A DNA stretch of 46,065 nucleotides, from contig CANNEW010000001.1 in the NCBI GenBank assembly GCA_947503685.1, positions 1 through 46,065 on the forward strand, read 5' to 3'. Positions 1-13,226 of the stretch are shown here, piece after piece (positions within the stretch are counted from its first letter, which is position 1; each line of letters starts with the position of its first letter). This DNA is from Comamonadaceae bacterium. Its GTDB lineage: Bacteria > Pseudomonadota > Gammaproteobacteria > Burkholderiales > Burkholderiaceae_C. The notes below the pieces were generated by a model that had not been told where the DNA came from, ran no database searches, and worked only from the letters and a program-made list of their open reading frames with translations. The translations under genes and the position numbers were made by a program.

Positions 1-506
1 CCTGAACCCGGCGATGTCGCCGCCGCTTGCAGCTTGATACCCACGGCGCTGCTGCAATTACACGGCGACGAAAGCCCCCAGACCTGCGTGCTGCTGGCGG
101 GTGCCGATAAGCGCCCTTTTCTGCGCGCAGCGCGCATTCCCACCGGTCCGGCAGGGGCGGACTTTGACCTCGTAAAATACGCGCTCGATTACTCTCACGC
201 CCAAGCCATCCTGCTCGACGCCCATGTCGAAGGATTCGGCGGCAGCGGTAAGGCATTCAATTGGTCACTGCTTCCTCCAAGCGTCAACGCTCACCTCGTC
301 TTGAGTGGTGGACTCACTGCTGCAAACGTGGGCGACGGCATCGCCCTGCTACGGCCGCGCTGTAAATCGCTGGCCGTGGACGTCAGTTCCGCAGTGGAAG
401 CCGATGTGCCTGGGGGCGGGACCCTCAAGGGCATCAAGGACTCCGAAAAAATGAATCAGTTTGTCGCCGCCGTTCGTGCCGCCGACCAACGCATTACAGG
501 ATTAAA

Positions 507-510
<4 letters not shown>
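1..510 (+). CDS. trpF: Phosphoribosylanthranilate isomerase (5'-truncated by window edge)
   Basis: Frame 1 is open from base 1 ([10 protein letters not shown]...). Motifs QLHGDE, LLDA..GFGGSG, LSGGLT and VDVSSAVE. Directly upstream of trpB. Confidence 0.93.
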
Positions 511-1810
<1,300 letters not shown>

Positions 1811-1814
<4 letters not shown>

Positions 1815-2632
1815 GCCGCATCCAGAGCACTTTTGCCAACTTAGCCACCCAAGGCCGTAAAGCCCTGATCCCCTATGTCACCGCAGGATTCCCTTTCGCA
1901 GATGTGACACCGGAACTCATGCATGCCATGGTTTCCGCCGGGGCCGATGTCATCGAACTAGGCGTCCCCTTCTCCGACCCCAGCGCCGACGGCCCAGTCA
2001 TCCAGCGCTCAGGCGACAAGGCCTTGTCTATGGGTATCGGCATGGTGCAGGTGCTCGAGATGGTGCGCCAATTTCGGCTAAGCAACAGCAACACGCCGGT
2101 GGTGCTCATGGGCTATGCCAACCCCATAGAGCGCTACGACCAGCGCCACGCGGCAGCTGGCGTGGACAGCGCCTTTGTCCAAGATGCGGCGCGCGCCGGG
2201 GTGGACGGGGTACTGGTAGTGGACTACCCGCCCGAAGAATGCATAGACTTTGCTGCCCAACTGCGTGCCAAGCATATGGATTTGATATTTTTACTGGCCC
2301 CGACCAGCACCGACGAGCGCATGGCCCAGGTGGCAGCAGTTGCCAGCGGTTATGTGTATTACGTCTCGCTCAAGGGCGTTACTGGCGCGGGCACGCTGGA
2401 CACCGACGCCGTTGGTGCCATGTTGCCACGCATACGCCGGCATATCCAGATCCCGGTGGGTGTGGGTTTTGGCATACGCGACGGCGCTACTGCCGCAACC
2501 ATTGCCCAAGTGGCCGATGCGGTGGTGATTGGCAGCAAAATGATTCAATTGATTGAAAATGCAGCGCGCGATACAGTGGCGCCCACCGCCCAGGCTTTTT
2601 TGCGCGAAGTGCGCGAGGCCATGGACGCTTGA
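1811..2632 (+). CDS. trpA: Tryptophan synthase alpha chain
   Basis: [28 protein letters not shown] and VGFGI. ATG 1811 forms an ATGA overlap with the trpB stop, so the ORF-track start at 1730 is too long. Confidence 0.97.
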
Positions 2633-2677
2633 TGCGGGACTTGCAAGCCCTGGGCATGCGAAACACGGAGTAAGACT

Positions 2678-3550
2678 ATGAGTTGGCTTGAAAAACTGCT
2701 TCCTACCAAGATTGAGCAAACCGACCCGGCGGATCGCCGCACCGTGCCCGAAGGGCTTTGGGTCAAATGCCCGGGCTGTGAAACCGTGCTTTATAAGTCG
2801 GACCTGGAGCAAAACCTCAATGTCTGCCCCACCTGCAGCCACCACCACCGCATTGGTGCGCGCGCGCGGCTGGATGCGTTTTTGGACAACGAAGGACGCT
2901 TTGAAATTGGTCAGGAAGTGCTGCCGGTGGACGCACTCAAATTTAAGGACAGCCGCAAATACCCCGAACGCCTGAAAGAGGCCCTAGAAAATACCAACGA
3001 GACGGATGCGCTGATCGTTATAGGCGGTTCGGTGCATGGCATTGGCGTGGTGGCGGCCTGCTTTGAATTTGAGTTTATGGGCGGCAGTATGGGCTCGGTG
3101 GTGGGCGAGCGCTTTGTGCGCGGTGTGCAAGCGGCGATGGAGCAAAAATCTGCCTTTTTGTGCTTTACTGCCACCGGTGGCGCCCGTATGCAGGAGGGCT
3201 TGCTCAGCCTGATGCAAATGGCCAAAACCAATGCCTCGCTCACTCGCCTGGCCAAAAGCGGATTGCCCTATATCAGCGTGCTCACCGACCCGACCATGGG
3301 CGGCGTGAGCGCCGGCTTTGCCTTCTTGGGTGACATCGTCATTGCCGAGCCTAAGGCCTTAATCGGTTTTGCTGGCCCGCGGGTGATTGAGTCCACGGTA
3401 CGGGTCACCCTGCCCGAGGGTTTTCAGCGCTCGGAGTTTTTGCAAACCAAGGGCGCGATTGACCTGATTTGCGACCGCCGCGAAATGCGCAAAACGGTGG
3501 CCGAAGCCTTGGCCATGTTGCAGCGCCATCCCACGGATGCGGTGATTTAA
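2678..3550 (+). CDS. accD: Acetyl-CoA carboxylase carboxyltransferase beta subunit
   Basis: C4 zinc finger (CPGC...CPTC), [18 protein letters not shown] and [15 protein letters not shown] upstream. Confidence 0.97.
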   Translation: MSWLEKLLPTKIEQTDPADRRTVPEGLWVKCPGCETVLYKSDLEQNLNVCPTCSHHHRIGARARLDAFLDNEGRFEIGQEVLPVDALKFKDSRKYPERLKEALENTNETDALIVIGGSVHGIGVVAACFEFEFMGGSMGSVVGERFVRGVQAAMEQKSAFLCFTATGGARMQEGLLSLMQMAKTNASLTRLAKSGLPYISVLTDPTMGGVSAGFAFLGDIVIAEPKALIGFAGPRVIESTVRVTLPEGFQRSEFLQTKGAIDLICDRREMRKTVAEALAMLQRHPTDAVI

Positions 3551-3576
3551 ATCTACGATTGCGGCGGAACGCCGCG

Positions 3577-4146
3577 TCAAGCCAAAAGCATCAAGACCGC
3601 GCTATCCAGCGGATGGATCAGCAAGCCAGCGATTTGCAGCGCCAGCAGCAAAGCCAAGGGGGATAAATCTACCCCGCCGACCAAGGGCAGGTAACGGCGG
3701 ATGGGCGCCAGCAGGGGTGCGACCAGGCGGTCCAGCAAATCTGACACGGGTGATGCGGACTGCACCCAGGACAAAAGCGCGTAGATAAAGACCATGGCCG
3801 TCATGCCCGAAAGGGCCAAGCGCAGCAGCCCTACTCCCGCCAGGCCAGCCACAGCGCCATAGCCATAGGGCATGCCCTGAATCAGCCAAAGAAGTGAATA
3901 TTGCGCTAATTCCAAGACATACGCGGCAAGCAAACTGGCCAGGTCCAAAAAAGCCAAACCCGGCAACACGCGCCGCAGCGGCAACACAATCCAATCGCTA
4001 ATGGCAAATAAAAAAGGGCCAATCGGGTTGCCGGCCCGCGTCGACATCGGGATGCGCTGCTGCTGCATATACAGACGCAGCAAACAAGCCCCGCCGATCA
4101 CACCGACGACAAGGTCCAACACCATAGAAACAATTTGGTAAGACAT
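3577..4146 (-). CDS. yggT: YggT family inner-membrane protein
   Basis: Two YGGT repeats (NPIG..SDWIVLPLRR; ALLSWV..PLLAPIRRYLP..GGVDLSP), very hydrophobic. Start placed at ATG 4146 because the longer ORF overlaps lysS. Confidence 0.88.
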   Translation of the reverse strand: MSYQIVSMVLDLVVGVIGGACLLRLYMQQQRIPMSTRAGNPIGPFLFAISDWIVLPLRRVLPGLAFLDLASLLAAYVLELAQYSLLWLIQGMPYGYGAVAGLAGVGLLRLALSGMTAMVFIYALLSWVQSASPVSDLLDRLVAPLLAPIRRYLPLVGGVDLSPLALLLALQIAGLLIHPLDSAVLMLLA

Positions 4147-4218
4147 GTCAATAAGCAGCGCGCGCAGCGCGCCATTTGCAGGAATTAGGCGCGATGATAA
4201 TCTCCAGCGGCAGGCTCT

Positions 4219-4224
4219 TAGAAT
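4219..4224 (+). promoter_or_regulatory. Putative sigma70 -10 (TAGAAT) for lysS
   Basis: 5/6 match to TATAAT in the divergent yggT/lysS gap, about 70 bp upstream of the lysS ATG. Confidence 0.4.
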
Positions 4225-4293
4225 TGCAGGCTCGCCCCGCAGCGTAACTGCAGCACCTAAGGGCCCGCATTTTTCTCTCTTTAGCGCACACAC

Positions 4294-5841
4294 ATGTCCG
4301 AAGTCACCACGCCGCCAGCAGCACCTATCGACGAAAACCAGCTTATTTTGGAACGGCGCGAAAAGCTTAAAACCCTGCGCGAGCGCCAAGCCCAGGGTCT
4401 GGGTCCGGCCTTCCCCAATGACTTTGCGCCGGACCAGGTGGCAGCCAATGTGTTTGCTTTATACGACGATAAGACAGCCGAAGAACTACAAAGCCTGAAC
4501 CTTGAGGTAAAAGTTGCCGGACGCATGATGCTCAAACGCGTCATGGGCAAGGCCAGTTTCTGCACTTTGCAAGATGCGTCCTTCGGACCGAGCAAGGGGC
4601 GGATTCAGATCTATGTCAAGGGCGAAGAAGTCGGGGCTGAACGCTATGAGGACTTCAAGCACTGGGATTTGGGCGATATTGTCGCGGCCACCGGTCACCT
4701 ATTCAAAACCAAAACGGGCGAACTGTCGGTGCATGCCAAGGTGGTACGGCTGTTGACGAAAAGCTTGCGTCCCATGCCGGACAAATTTCATGGTATCCAT
4801 GACCAGGAAGTGAAATACCGCCAGCGCTATATCGATCTGATGACCGACGAAGCGGCCCGCAAGCGCTTTGTGGCGCGTAGCACTGCGGTGAGCAGCATCC
4901 GCGCCTATATGGTGCAACACGGCTTTCTCGAAGTGGAAACGCCAATGCTGCACCCCATACCGGGCGGCGCCAACGCCAAACCCTTTAGCACGCACCACAA
5001 TGCGCTCGACCAGCAAATGTTTTTGCGTATCGCACCCGAGCTTTACCTCAAGCGCTTGATCGTCGGCGGCTTTGACCGGGTGTTTGAAATCAACCGCAAC
5101 TTTCGCAACGAAGGTATTTCGGTACGCCATAACCCCGAATTCACCATGATGGAGTTTTACGCGGCCTATTGGAATTACCGCGACCTCATGGAGTTCACCG
5201 AAAACTTGGTGCGCGATGCAGCACTGAAAGCAGTGGGCTCACTCGCCCTAAGTTATGGCGGGAAACCGGTGGACCTAGCCGCACCCTTTGAGCGTTTGAC
5301 GATATTAGAAGCCATCGAAAAATACACGGACGCCAGCGTAAATGTGAATGATGCCGATTGGCTGCGATCAGCCTTGCGCAAAGCTGGCCTGAGCGACGCG
5401 AAAAATAAATTATCCAAGCGCAGCCTGGCGGGTTTGCAAGTGATGTATTTTGAAGAACATGTCGAAGACAAGCTTTGGCAACCCACTTTTATATGCGAAC
5501 ACCCCGTCGAGATTTCGCCCCTAGCACGTGCCAGTGATGCGCGGCCCGACGTGACGGAGCGCTTTGAGCTGTATGTCACGGGCCGAGAATTTGGCAACGG
5601 CTTTAGCGAGCTCAACGATGCGCAAGACCAGGCCGCACGCTTCGCTGCCCAAGTCAGCGCCAAAGACAGTGGCGACGACGAGGCCATGTTTTATGACCAC
5701 GACTTTGTACGTGCCCTGGAGTACGGCATGCCGCCCACCGGCGGTTGTGGTATCGGCATAGACCGACTGATGATGCTACTCACTGACAGCCCCAGCATCC
5801 GTGATGTGATCTTGTTCCCCGCCCTGCGCCGGGAAAGCTGA
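4294..5841 (+). CDS. lysS: Lysine--tRNA ligase (class II)
   Basis: [43 protein letters not shown] and [15 protein letters not shown]. Confidence 0.98.
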   Translation: MSEVTTPPAAPIDENQLILERREKLKTLRERQAQGLGPAFPNDFAPDQVAANVFALYDDKTAEELQSLNLEVKVAGRMMLKRVMGKASFCTLQDASFGPSKGRIQIYVKGEEVGAERYEDFKHWDLGDIVAATGHLFKTKTGELSVHAKVVRLLTKSLRPMPDKFHGIHDQEVKYRQRYIDLMTDEAARKRFVARSTAVSSIRAYMVQHGFLEVETPMLHPIPGGANAKPFSTHHNALDQQMFLRIAPELYLKRLIVGGFDRVFEINRNFRNEGISVRHNPEFTMMEFYAAYWNYRDLMEFTENLVRDAALKAVGSLALSYGGKPVDLAAPFERLTILEAIEKYTDASVNVNDADWLRSALRKAGLSDAKNKLSKRSLAGLQVMYFEEHVEDKLWQPTFICEHPVEISPLARASDARPDVTERFELYVTGREFGNGFSELNDAQDQAARFAAQVSAKDSGDDEAMFYDHDFVRALEYGMPPTGGCGIGIDRLMMLLTDSPSIRDVILFPALRRES

Positions 5842-5863
5842 GTAGGTCTTAGCTGGTGGCACC

Positions 5864-6397
5864 TTGAACACCGCTGCAACGGGCTGGGCGGGAGCGCCCT
5901 ATTTGCGCGCTTATCCACCAGACACGGTAGCTCGGGTACTGGCCATGCTCGAGAGCGCAAGCGTGGGCGATTGGTTACTGGGCAAATACCCGCAGGCCCA
6001 TGCGGTGCGCACCGACGGGGCTCTGTACGCCTATGCCCAGGAGATACGGCAAACTAGCATGCGCAGTGCTGCCGCGATAAGCAAAGTGGCGTACGACAGT
6101 AAATTGCAAGTGATTGCCCATGCGCTAGGAACGCATACCCGCATTTCACGGGTACAGGGCGCCAAGCTCAAGACCAAGCACGAGTTGCGCATTGCCAGCA
6201 TTTTTAAGGCGGCACCTGAAGACTTTTTGCGCATGATCGTGGTCCATGAGCTGGCCCATTTGCGCGAGAAAGACCACGACAAAAGTTTCTACCAGCTGTG
6301 CGAACACATGGAGCCACGCTACCACCAACTGGAATTTGAGCTACGTGTGTACCTGACCTACCTGGATGCAGGCGGCAGCGGCCTATGGGGACGCTAG
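5864..6397 (+). CDS. M48/YgjP-like (SprT-like) HExxH protein
   Basis: IVVHELAHLREKDHDKSFY zinc motif and N-terminal YL.AYP. TTG start uncertain. Confidence 0.8.
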   Translation: MNTAATGWAGAPYLRAYPPDTVARVLAMLESASVGDWLLGKYPQAHAVRTDGALYAYAQEIRQTSMRSAAAISKVAYDSKLQVIAHALGTHTRISRVQGAKLKTKHELRIASIFKAAPEDFLRMIVVHELAHLREKDHDKSFYQLCEHMEPRYHQLEFELRVYLTYLDAGGSGLWGR

Positions 6398-7597
6398 AGC
6401 GCGCAATGCTTGCGTGATATCGGCCTGCAAATCCTCTGGCACTTCGAACCCGACTGCAAAGCGTACCAATGTGCCGCGGGCGATGCCGGCCGGCCAGGCG
6501 CCGCGCATGCGTTCCAAGTTATAGGGCACTACCAGACTGACCGGCCCGGCCCAGCTGTAACCCAACCTAAACAGCTGCAAACTATCGCAAAAGGCATCGA
6601 CCTGCTCTTGCGTATAAGAAGGATCAATCACAACGCTGAACAGGCAGGCGGCCGCACCAAGACCATCCGGCGCACACAAGCGCTGCCAATGGGCATGACC
6701 CGGCGAATCGCTGAGCGCCGGATGCAAAACCTGCACAAAGGCCGCTTGCGTTTGGCACCAGGCGGCCAAAGCACGGGTGCTCTGGTCTTGGGCGTGGTAA
6801 CGCATGGCAATAGACGGCAGGCCGCGCAGGACCAACTCGGCATCATTGGCGCCCACGTTCAAACCCAGGCGCATATGGCACAGCTTGATGCGCATATGCA
6901 AATCCGCATTGCGCGTGATGACGCTTCCCATCAACACATCACCGCCACCACTGGGGTATTTGGTCAGCGCCTGGATTGAAATATCCACCCCACAAGGGCT
7001 GCCCGGTGTCAGGTCAAAGGGGGCAAAAGCAATGCCGGCGCCCCAGGTATTGTCCAGCGCCACCAAGGCCCCATGCTGCTTACAAATACGCGTCAATTGC
7101 GCAAGGTCCGCAAACTCCAGCGTCACCGAGCCCGGCGCTTCCAGCCACACCAGACGCGTGGCGCTGGAGAGCTTGGACTGCAAGTCCTGCGGGTCCATGG
7201 GGTTGTAAAAACGGTGGCGCACGCCCCAGCCCACAAACTCTCCTTCCACCAGGGTTTTGTTGGGCTCATAGCAATTGTCTGGCAGCAATACCTCGTCACC
7301 CGATTGCAGCAAGGCCAAGGCTACCAAGGCAATGGCCGAAAGGCCGCTGGGCGTGAGCACACATTGGAGACCCCCTTCCAAGCTACAAAGGCGCTCTTCA
7401 AGGGTGTAGGTGGTGGGCGTGCCATGCAGGCCATAGGTATAGGCCGTTTTGTCTTTCCACTGGCGGCTGCGCATAGCCGCCACCGAAGGGAAAAACACCG
7501 TGGACGCTTTAAAGACGCCTACGGCGGGCGACTCAAAACCGCCCGGCGGTTCATAGGGATGGTGATTCAGCGCGGTGCTTAGGTGCTTCATCCACAT
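6383..7597 (-). CDS. metC: Cystathionine beta-lyase (Cys/Met PLP-dependent family)
   Basis: YGLHGTPT, PSGLSAI, WLEAPGS, DNTWGA, QALTKY (PLP lysine) and GYSWAG. Confidence 0.88.
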   Translation of the reverse strand: MWMKHLSTALNHHPYEPPGGFESPAVGVFKASTVFFPSVAAMRSRQWKDKTAYTYGLHGTPTTYTLEERLCSLEGGLQCVLTPSGLSAIALVALALLQSGDEVLLPDNCYEPNKTLVEGEFVGWGVRHRFYNPMDPQDLQSKLSSATRLVWLEAPGSVTLEFADLAQLTRICKQHGALVALDNTWGAGIAFAPFDLTPGSPCGVDISIQALTKYPSGGGDVLMGSVITRNADLHMRIKLCHMRLGLNVGANDAELVLRGLPSIAMRYHAQDQSTRALAAWCQTQAAFVQVLHPALSDSPGHAHWQRLCAPDGLGAAACLFSVVIDPSYTQEQVDAFCDSLQLFRLGYSWAGPVSLVVPYNLERMRGAWPAGIARGTLVRFAVGFEVPEDLQADITQALRALASP

Positions 7598-7604
7598 GAC
7601 CCGC

Positions 7605-8129
7605 CTAAACGCTCCATTTTTGGATCAACTGCGCAGGGCGCATCGCGTCATAGCTCTCAAAAGGCTGATGAATCCAGGGGTTAGTCGGCAAAAATTCCAC
7701 CGAATAGTCCGGCGTGAACGTGGACAAGGCCTTAGTCCAGATGACCGCGCTGCGCAGCTCGGTAATCGGCGCGTAATTATTTTTTAACTGGTGGATCACC
7801 GCCTTAAGCGTGTGACCCGAGTCGGCAAGGTCGTCAACCAACAAAACCTTGCCGGCTATTTCGCCCTTGGGTGTGGTGATGAAGCGGGCGATGTCCAAGT
7901 GGCCTTGGACCGTACCGGCATCTGAGCGATAAGAACTGGTGGACATGATGGCCAGCGGCTTGTCAAACACCCTGGACAGTATGTCGCCCGGACGCATGCC
8001 GCCGCGTGCCAGGCACAAAATAGTATCGAACTCCCAGCCCGACTGAAACACCTTGATCGCGAGCTTTTCGATCAGGTTGTGGTACTCGTCATAGCTCACG
8101 TACAAATGCTTTCCGTCTTCCGTCAACAT
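7605..8129 (-). CDS. Purine phosphoribosyltransferase (Gpt/Hpt-like type I PRTase)
   Basis: LARGG, PRPP motif VLLVDDLADSGHT and WIHQPFE. AAGGAG RBS before ATG 8129. Follows purA. Confidence 0.88.
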   Translation of the reverse strand: MLTEDGKHLYVSYDEYHNLIEKLAIKVFQSGWEFDTILCLARGGMRPGDILSRVFDKPLAIMSTSSYRSDAGTVQGHLDIARFITTPKGEIAGKVLLVDDLADSGHTLKAVIHQLKNNYAPITELRSAVIWTKALSTFTPDYSVEFLPTNPWIHQPFESYDAMRPAQLIQKWSV

Positions 8130-8208
8130 ACCCAACTCCTTAGTCAATACGATTGCGCAGTTTGCACCGCTACTGCCACACAAATAGACGACTTCGCGCT
8201 TGCCAGCT

Positions 8209-9597
<1,389 letters not shown>

Positions 9598-10746
9598 TTA
9601 AACGGGAACAAGGTGCCAATCAGCACCCTGCGCAACCAACATACGGTCACAATGGAACTCGTCAATTTCACTTTCGTGACCCGGTAAAACGCAGACTACC
9701 GTCTCGCCCGCACTGCGTAACTTGGCGATGGCACTACGCAAACCTTTGTCTTCACCCCAGGGCGCACGGATGGCAGCGCGCAAAGGCGGCCCGCTGACTA
9801 CACCCACCAGCGATTTGATGTCCAGGCTAAATCCCACGGCAGGCCGCTCACGCCCGAACACCGAGCCTACCGCGTCATAGCGGCCACCGCGCAGCAGGGC
9901 ATCGGGCGCGCCTTGGGCATACACCGCAAAGCGCGCACCGCTGTAGTAGGCGTAGCCGCGCAAATCCGCCAGATCAAAAGACACCGTCGTACCGTCCAGA
10001 TGGCCGGCCAGCCATTGGAGTTCGTCCAAGGCTTGCGAAATCGCTGGCAGATCAGGCAACAAGTTGCGCGCCTGCGCCAGCACCTGCACATCGCCATAGC
10101 AACGCGTCAGGTTTTGCAGGCCGAGACGCACCGCCGCATCCGAGCGGCGCGCAATGGACGCAATCGCCGCTGCATCTTTGACGGCCAGGGCCGCTTGTAT
10201 TTCTGCGGTTTCTACCGGGCTGAGGGCGGCCAGAGTTAAAAGGCTGTTGACGATGCGCACATCGGCCAAGTCCACCATAAAGTCCTGCACCTTGGCGACA
10301 CGCAGACAATCGAGCGCCAGCGTCAGGATTTCCAGATCGGCTTCCAAGCCTTGGTGACCATAAATTTCCGCGCCTAATTGCAAGGGTTCACGGGTGGCAT
10401 GGGGCGCCGCCGGGCGGGTGTGTAACACCGGGCCGCAGTAGCACAGGCGGGCTACGCCCTGGCGATTGAGCAAATGGGCATCAATGCGCGCCACTTGCGG
10501 TGTGCTGTCAGCGCGCAGGCCCAGCATCCGACCAGAAATTTGGTCCACCAACTTGAAAGTTTGCAAATCCAGCGATTCGCCGGTGCCGGTCAGCAGCGAC
10601 TCCAGGTGTTCCAACAGCGGCGGCATGACCAGTTCATAGCCATAGCAACGCGCCATATCCAGCAAATTTCTACGGATCTCCTCGATGTGGCGCGCCTCAG
10701 AAGGCAGCACATCGGCAATGTGATCCGGGAGGACCCAAGCGGACAT
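9598..10746 (-). CDS. hisZ: ATP phosphoribosyltransferase regulatory subunit
   Basis: HisRS-like fold: [37 protein letters not shown] and AVGFSLD. Usual position upstream of purA. Confidence 0.95.
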   Translation of the reverse strand: MSAWVLPDHIADVLPSEARHIEEIRRNLLDMARCYGYELVMPPLLEHLESLLTGTGESLDLQTFKLVDQISGRMLGLRADSTPQVARIDAHLLNRQGVARLCYCGPVLHTRPAAPHATREPLQLGAEIYGHQGLEADLEILTLALDCLRVAKVQDFMVDLADVRIVNSLLTLAALSPVETAEIQAALAVKDAAAIASIARRSDAAVRLGLQNLTRCYGDVQVLAQARNLLPDLPAISQALDELQWLAGHLDGTTVSFDLADLRGYAYYSGARFAVYAQGAPDALLRGGRYDAVGSVFGRERPAVGFSLDIKSLVGVVSGPPLRAAIRAPWGEDKGLRSAIAKLRSAGETVVCVLPGHESEIDEFHCDRMLVAQGADWHLVPV

Positions 10747-10775
10747 GGATAAATAGGGATGCTGTTAAAACCGCG

Positions 10776-10781
10776 ATTTTA
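10776..10781 (-). promoter_or_regulatory. Putative -10 (TAAAAT) for hisZ-purA
   Basis: Minus strand reads GG-TAAAAT-CGCGG about 30 bp upstream of the hisZ ATG. Confidence 0.5.
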
Positions 10782-10838
10782 CCGGCCAAACCCAAGCCCC
10801 GCTCCGATGCGAAGCGGGAATCGCACGCTCGCCGCCGC

Positions 10839-11741
10839 TTATTTTTTGACCGGGGCTGAACCCGAGCCGCCGTTGCGGAAGACTTTGAAGAACTCGCTAG
10901 AGGACGGGTCCAGCACCATCACGTCGCTTTTATTGGCGAAACTGGTTTTATAAGCCTCTAGGCTACGGTAAAACTGGGCGAACTGGGGGTCGCGGTTAAA
11001 GGCTTCGGCATAAATACGGGCTGCCTCCGCATCGCCCTCACCTTTGATCTTCTGGGCGTCGCGGTAGGCATTGGCAATCGTCACCTCGCGCTGGCGGTCG
11101 GCATCGGCGCGGATTTTTTCACCCTCGGCCGCACCGGTGGACCGCAATTCATTGGCGACCCGTTTGCGTTCGGCTTCCATACGGCGATACACCGACTCAG
11201 TAATAGCCTCCACATAGTCCACACGGGTGATACGCACGTCGACCACGTCCACGCCCCAGGGCTTGGCGCCTCTGACCTTTTCGAGTACTTCACGCTTGAC
11301 GTCGGACATCAAGGCCTCGCGCTTGAGGGAGAGCAATTCCTTCACGGTGCGCTTATTGATCTCTTCCTGAAAGGCGTTACGCACTACGCGGTTGAGCTGA
11401 TTGGCGCCAGCCGCTTCATTCAGGCCCACGTTACGGATGTATTCGCTAGGCTCGGAAATGCGCCAGCGCACATACCAGTCGATCACCACGCGCTGCTTCT
11501 CCGCCGTCAGCATGGGCTCGGTATCGCTGCTGTCCAGCGTCAATAAACGCTTGTCGATATAAGAGACATTTTGAAATGGCGGCGGCAGCTTCCAGTTCAA
11601 ACCCGGCTCGGTAATGACTTCCTTGATTTGGCCCAGCGCATAGACCACGCCAAATTGGCGTTGGTCCACAACAAACAGGGTCGAACTGGCCAGTGCTAAC
11701 AGCACCAACAAACTAGAAACAATAAATCCAATACGGTTCAT
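10839..11741 (-). CDS. hflC: FtsH modulator HflC
   Basis: N-terminal TM plus SPFH domain: EPGLNWKLP, VYRRMEAER and FYRSLEAYK. Confidence 0.96.
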   Translation of the reverse strand: MNRIGFIVSSLLVLLALASSTLFVVDQRQFGVVYALGQIKEVITEPGLNWKLPPPFQNVSYIDKRLLTLDSSDTEPMLTAEKQRVVIDWYVRWRISEPSEYIRNVGLNEAAGANQLNRVVRNAFQEEINKRTVKELLSLKREALMSDVKREVLEKVRGAKPWGVDVVDVRITRVDYVEAITESVYRRMEAERKRVANELRSTGAAEGEKIRADADRQREVTIANAYRDAQKIKGEGDAEAARIYAEAFNRDPQFAQFYRSLEAYKTSFANKSDVMVLDPSSSEFFKVFRNGGSGSAPVKK

Positions 11742-11750
11742 GCTGTTCTC

Positions 11751-13187
11751 CTAGCGCACATCGCGCTCACGGGTGCGCGCCGCTTCGCGGCTGCGTGGGT
11801 CCACCGCGTTGGCTGCGGGCAAGGGGGTCGGGGGCACAGCCGCTGGATTGCCAGCAGCTGAGGGCAATGCCAAGGGATCAACTCCGGCATTCATTTGCAA
11901 TATCTTTTCAAGAGGTAGGTTTAACAAGGTCGCGCCCTGACGGGTATCGACCAGCACTTTGGTGACATTGGTATAGATTTGCTGCATAGCGTCCAGGTAC
12001 ATGCGGTCGCGCGTGACTTGGGGCGCTTTCTGGTATTCGTTAAACACCGAGCGGAAACGCTGCGCATCACCCTGGGCCTGGGCTACTACCCGGGCCTTGT
12101 AGGCGTCGGCTTCTTCCTTCAAGCGGGCCGCTGATCCCACGGCGCGCGGTATCACGTCGTTGGCATAGGCTTGCGCCTCATTCTTCGCACGTTCACGCTC
12201 CTGTCCCGCTTTGAGCACATCGTCAAACGACGCCTGCACTTGCTCGGGCGGGCGCACGCCACCTTGCTGCAAGTTGATGGCAACCACCTCGATGCCAACT
12301 TTGTAGCGGTCCAGAATGTCTTGCATCAAGGCACGCACACGCGGGGCGATTTGATCGCGCTCTTCGGACAGCGCGGCGTCCATTTTCATCTTGCCCAGGA
12401 CTTCACGCACCGAGGTCTCTGCTGCTTGCACCACGGCGTCGGTGGGGTTTTTGCTTTCAAACAAAAAGGCCCGCGCATCACTTAAGCGGTATTGCACTGC
12501 AAACTTGATGTCCAAAATATTCTCGTCCTGGGTCAGCATCGCCGACTCACGCAAGCCGGTGGCCTTGAGCACGTTGTCCCGACCCACATCCACCGAACGG
12601 ATTTGGGTAACGAAAACCAATTCATGGCGCTGAAATGGGTAAGGCAGCCGCCAGTTGAAGCCGGCATTGACCGTCGATTTATAACGACCGAACTGGGTAA
12701 TGACGGCCTGCTGACCCTCCTGCACAATGAAAAAGCCAGTCGCCAGCCAAATCAAGACCAGCACCGCGGCAATCACTCCGCCACCAATTTGGATATTCTT
12801 GAAATCGGGCGGCAAGAGGCCGCCGGCTCCCCGCCCGCCACCACCACCACGCTTGCCGCCGGCCATCCAGCCGTTCAATTTGCGGTTGAAATCGCGCCAC
12901 AGTTCATCCAAATCCGGCGGGCCGCCATTAGTGTTCGGGCGTTGACCGGCGCTCGGGCGGTCATTGGCCGGGTTGTTAGGGGGAGGCACATCGGGACGGG
13001 TATCCGGTTTGACCTCGGGCCGGCCCTCAGGCGAAGGTTCCTGGGGATTGGCGGAGGCATCAGGCGCGCTACCCGAAGGGGATTTGGCTTCATCTGCGCG
13101 ACCCCAACGGCTGTCATTGAGATTGAACATGCCGCGCAGTCGCCCCACAATTGCGACAAAACTAAGCGTTGGCGTTAAAAATTTCAT
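11751..13187 (-). CDS. hflK: FtsH modulator HflK
   Basis: FNLND.RWG, GPPDLDELWRDFN, TM segment, MLTQDENI and AQAQGDAQRF. Start is ATG 13187 or 13130. Confidence 0.95.
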   Translation of the reverse strand: MKFLTPTLSFVAIVGRLRGMFNLNDSRWGRADEAKSPSGSAPDASANPQEPSPEGRPEVKPDTRPDVPPPNNPANDRPSAGQRPNTNGGPPDLDELWRDFNRKLNGWMAGGKRGGGGGRGAGGLLPPDFKNIQIGGGVIAAVLVLIWLATGFFIVQEGQQAVITQFGRYKSTVNAGFNWRLPYPFQRHELVFVTQIRSVDVGRDNVLKATGLRESAMLTQDENILDIKFAVQYRLSDARAFLFESKNPTDAVVQAAETSVREVLGKMKMDAALSEERDQIAPRVRALMQDILDRYKVGIEVVAINLQQGGVRPPEQVQASFDDVLKAGQERERAKNEAQAYANDVIPRAVGSAARLKEEADAYKARVVAQAQGDAQRFRSVFNEYQKAPQVTRDRMYLDAMQQIYTNVTKVLVDTRQGATLLNLPLEKILQMNAGVDPLALPSAAGNPAAVPPTPLPAANAVDPRSREAARTRERDVR

Positions 13188-13226
13188 TGTTATACCTTGC
13201 GATTTGCACACCCCGATTGTCCACAA

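Noticed and set aside
173-178. TAAAAT inside trpF as an internal trpBA promoter
   Set aside because: It is explained by the V-K-Y codons, there is no properly spaced -35, and the sequence alone cannot support it.
12810-13100. Gly-rich and Pro-rich low-complexity stretches in hflK (CCA/CCG runs)
   Set aside because: This is the normal disordered N-terminal region of HflK, not a tandem repeat locus.
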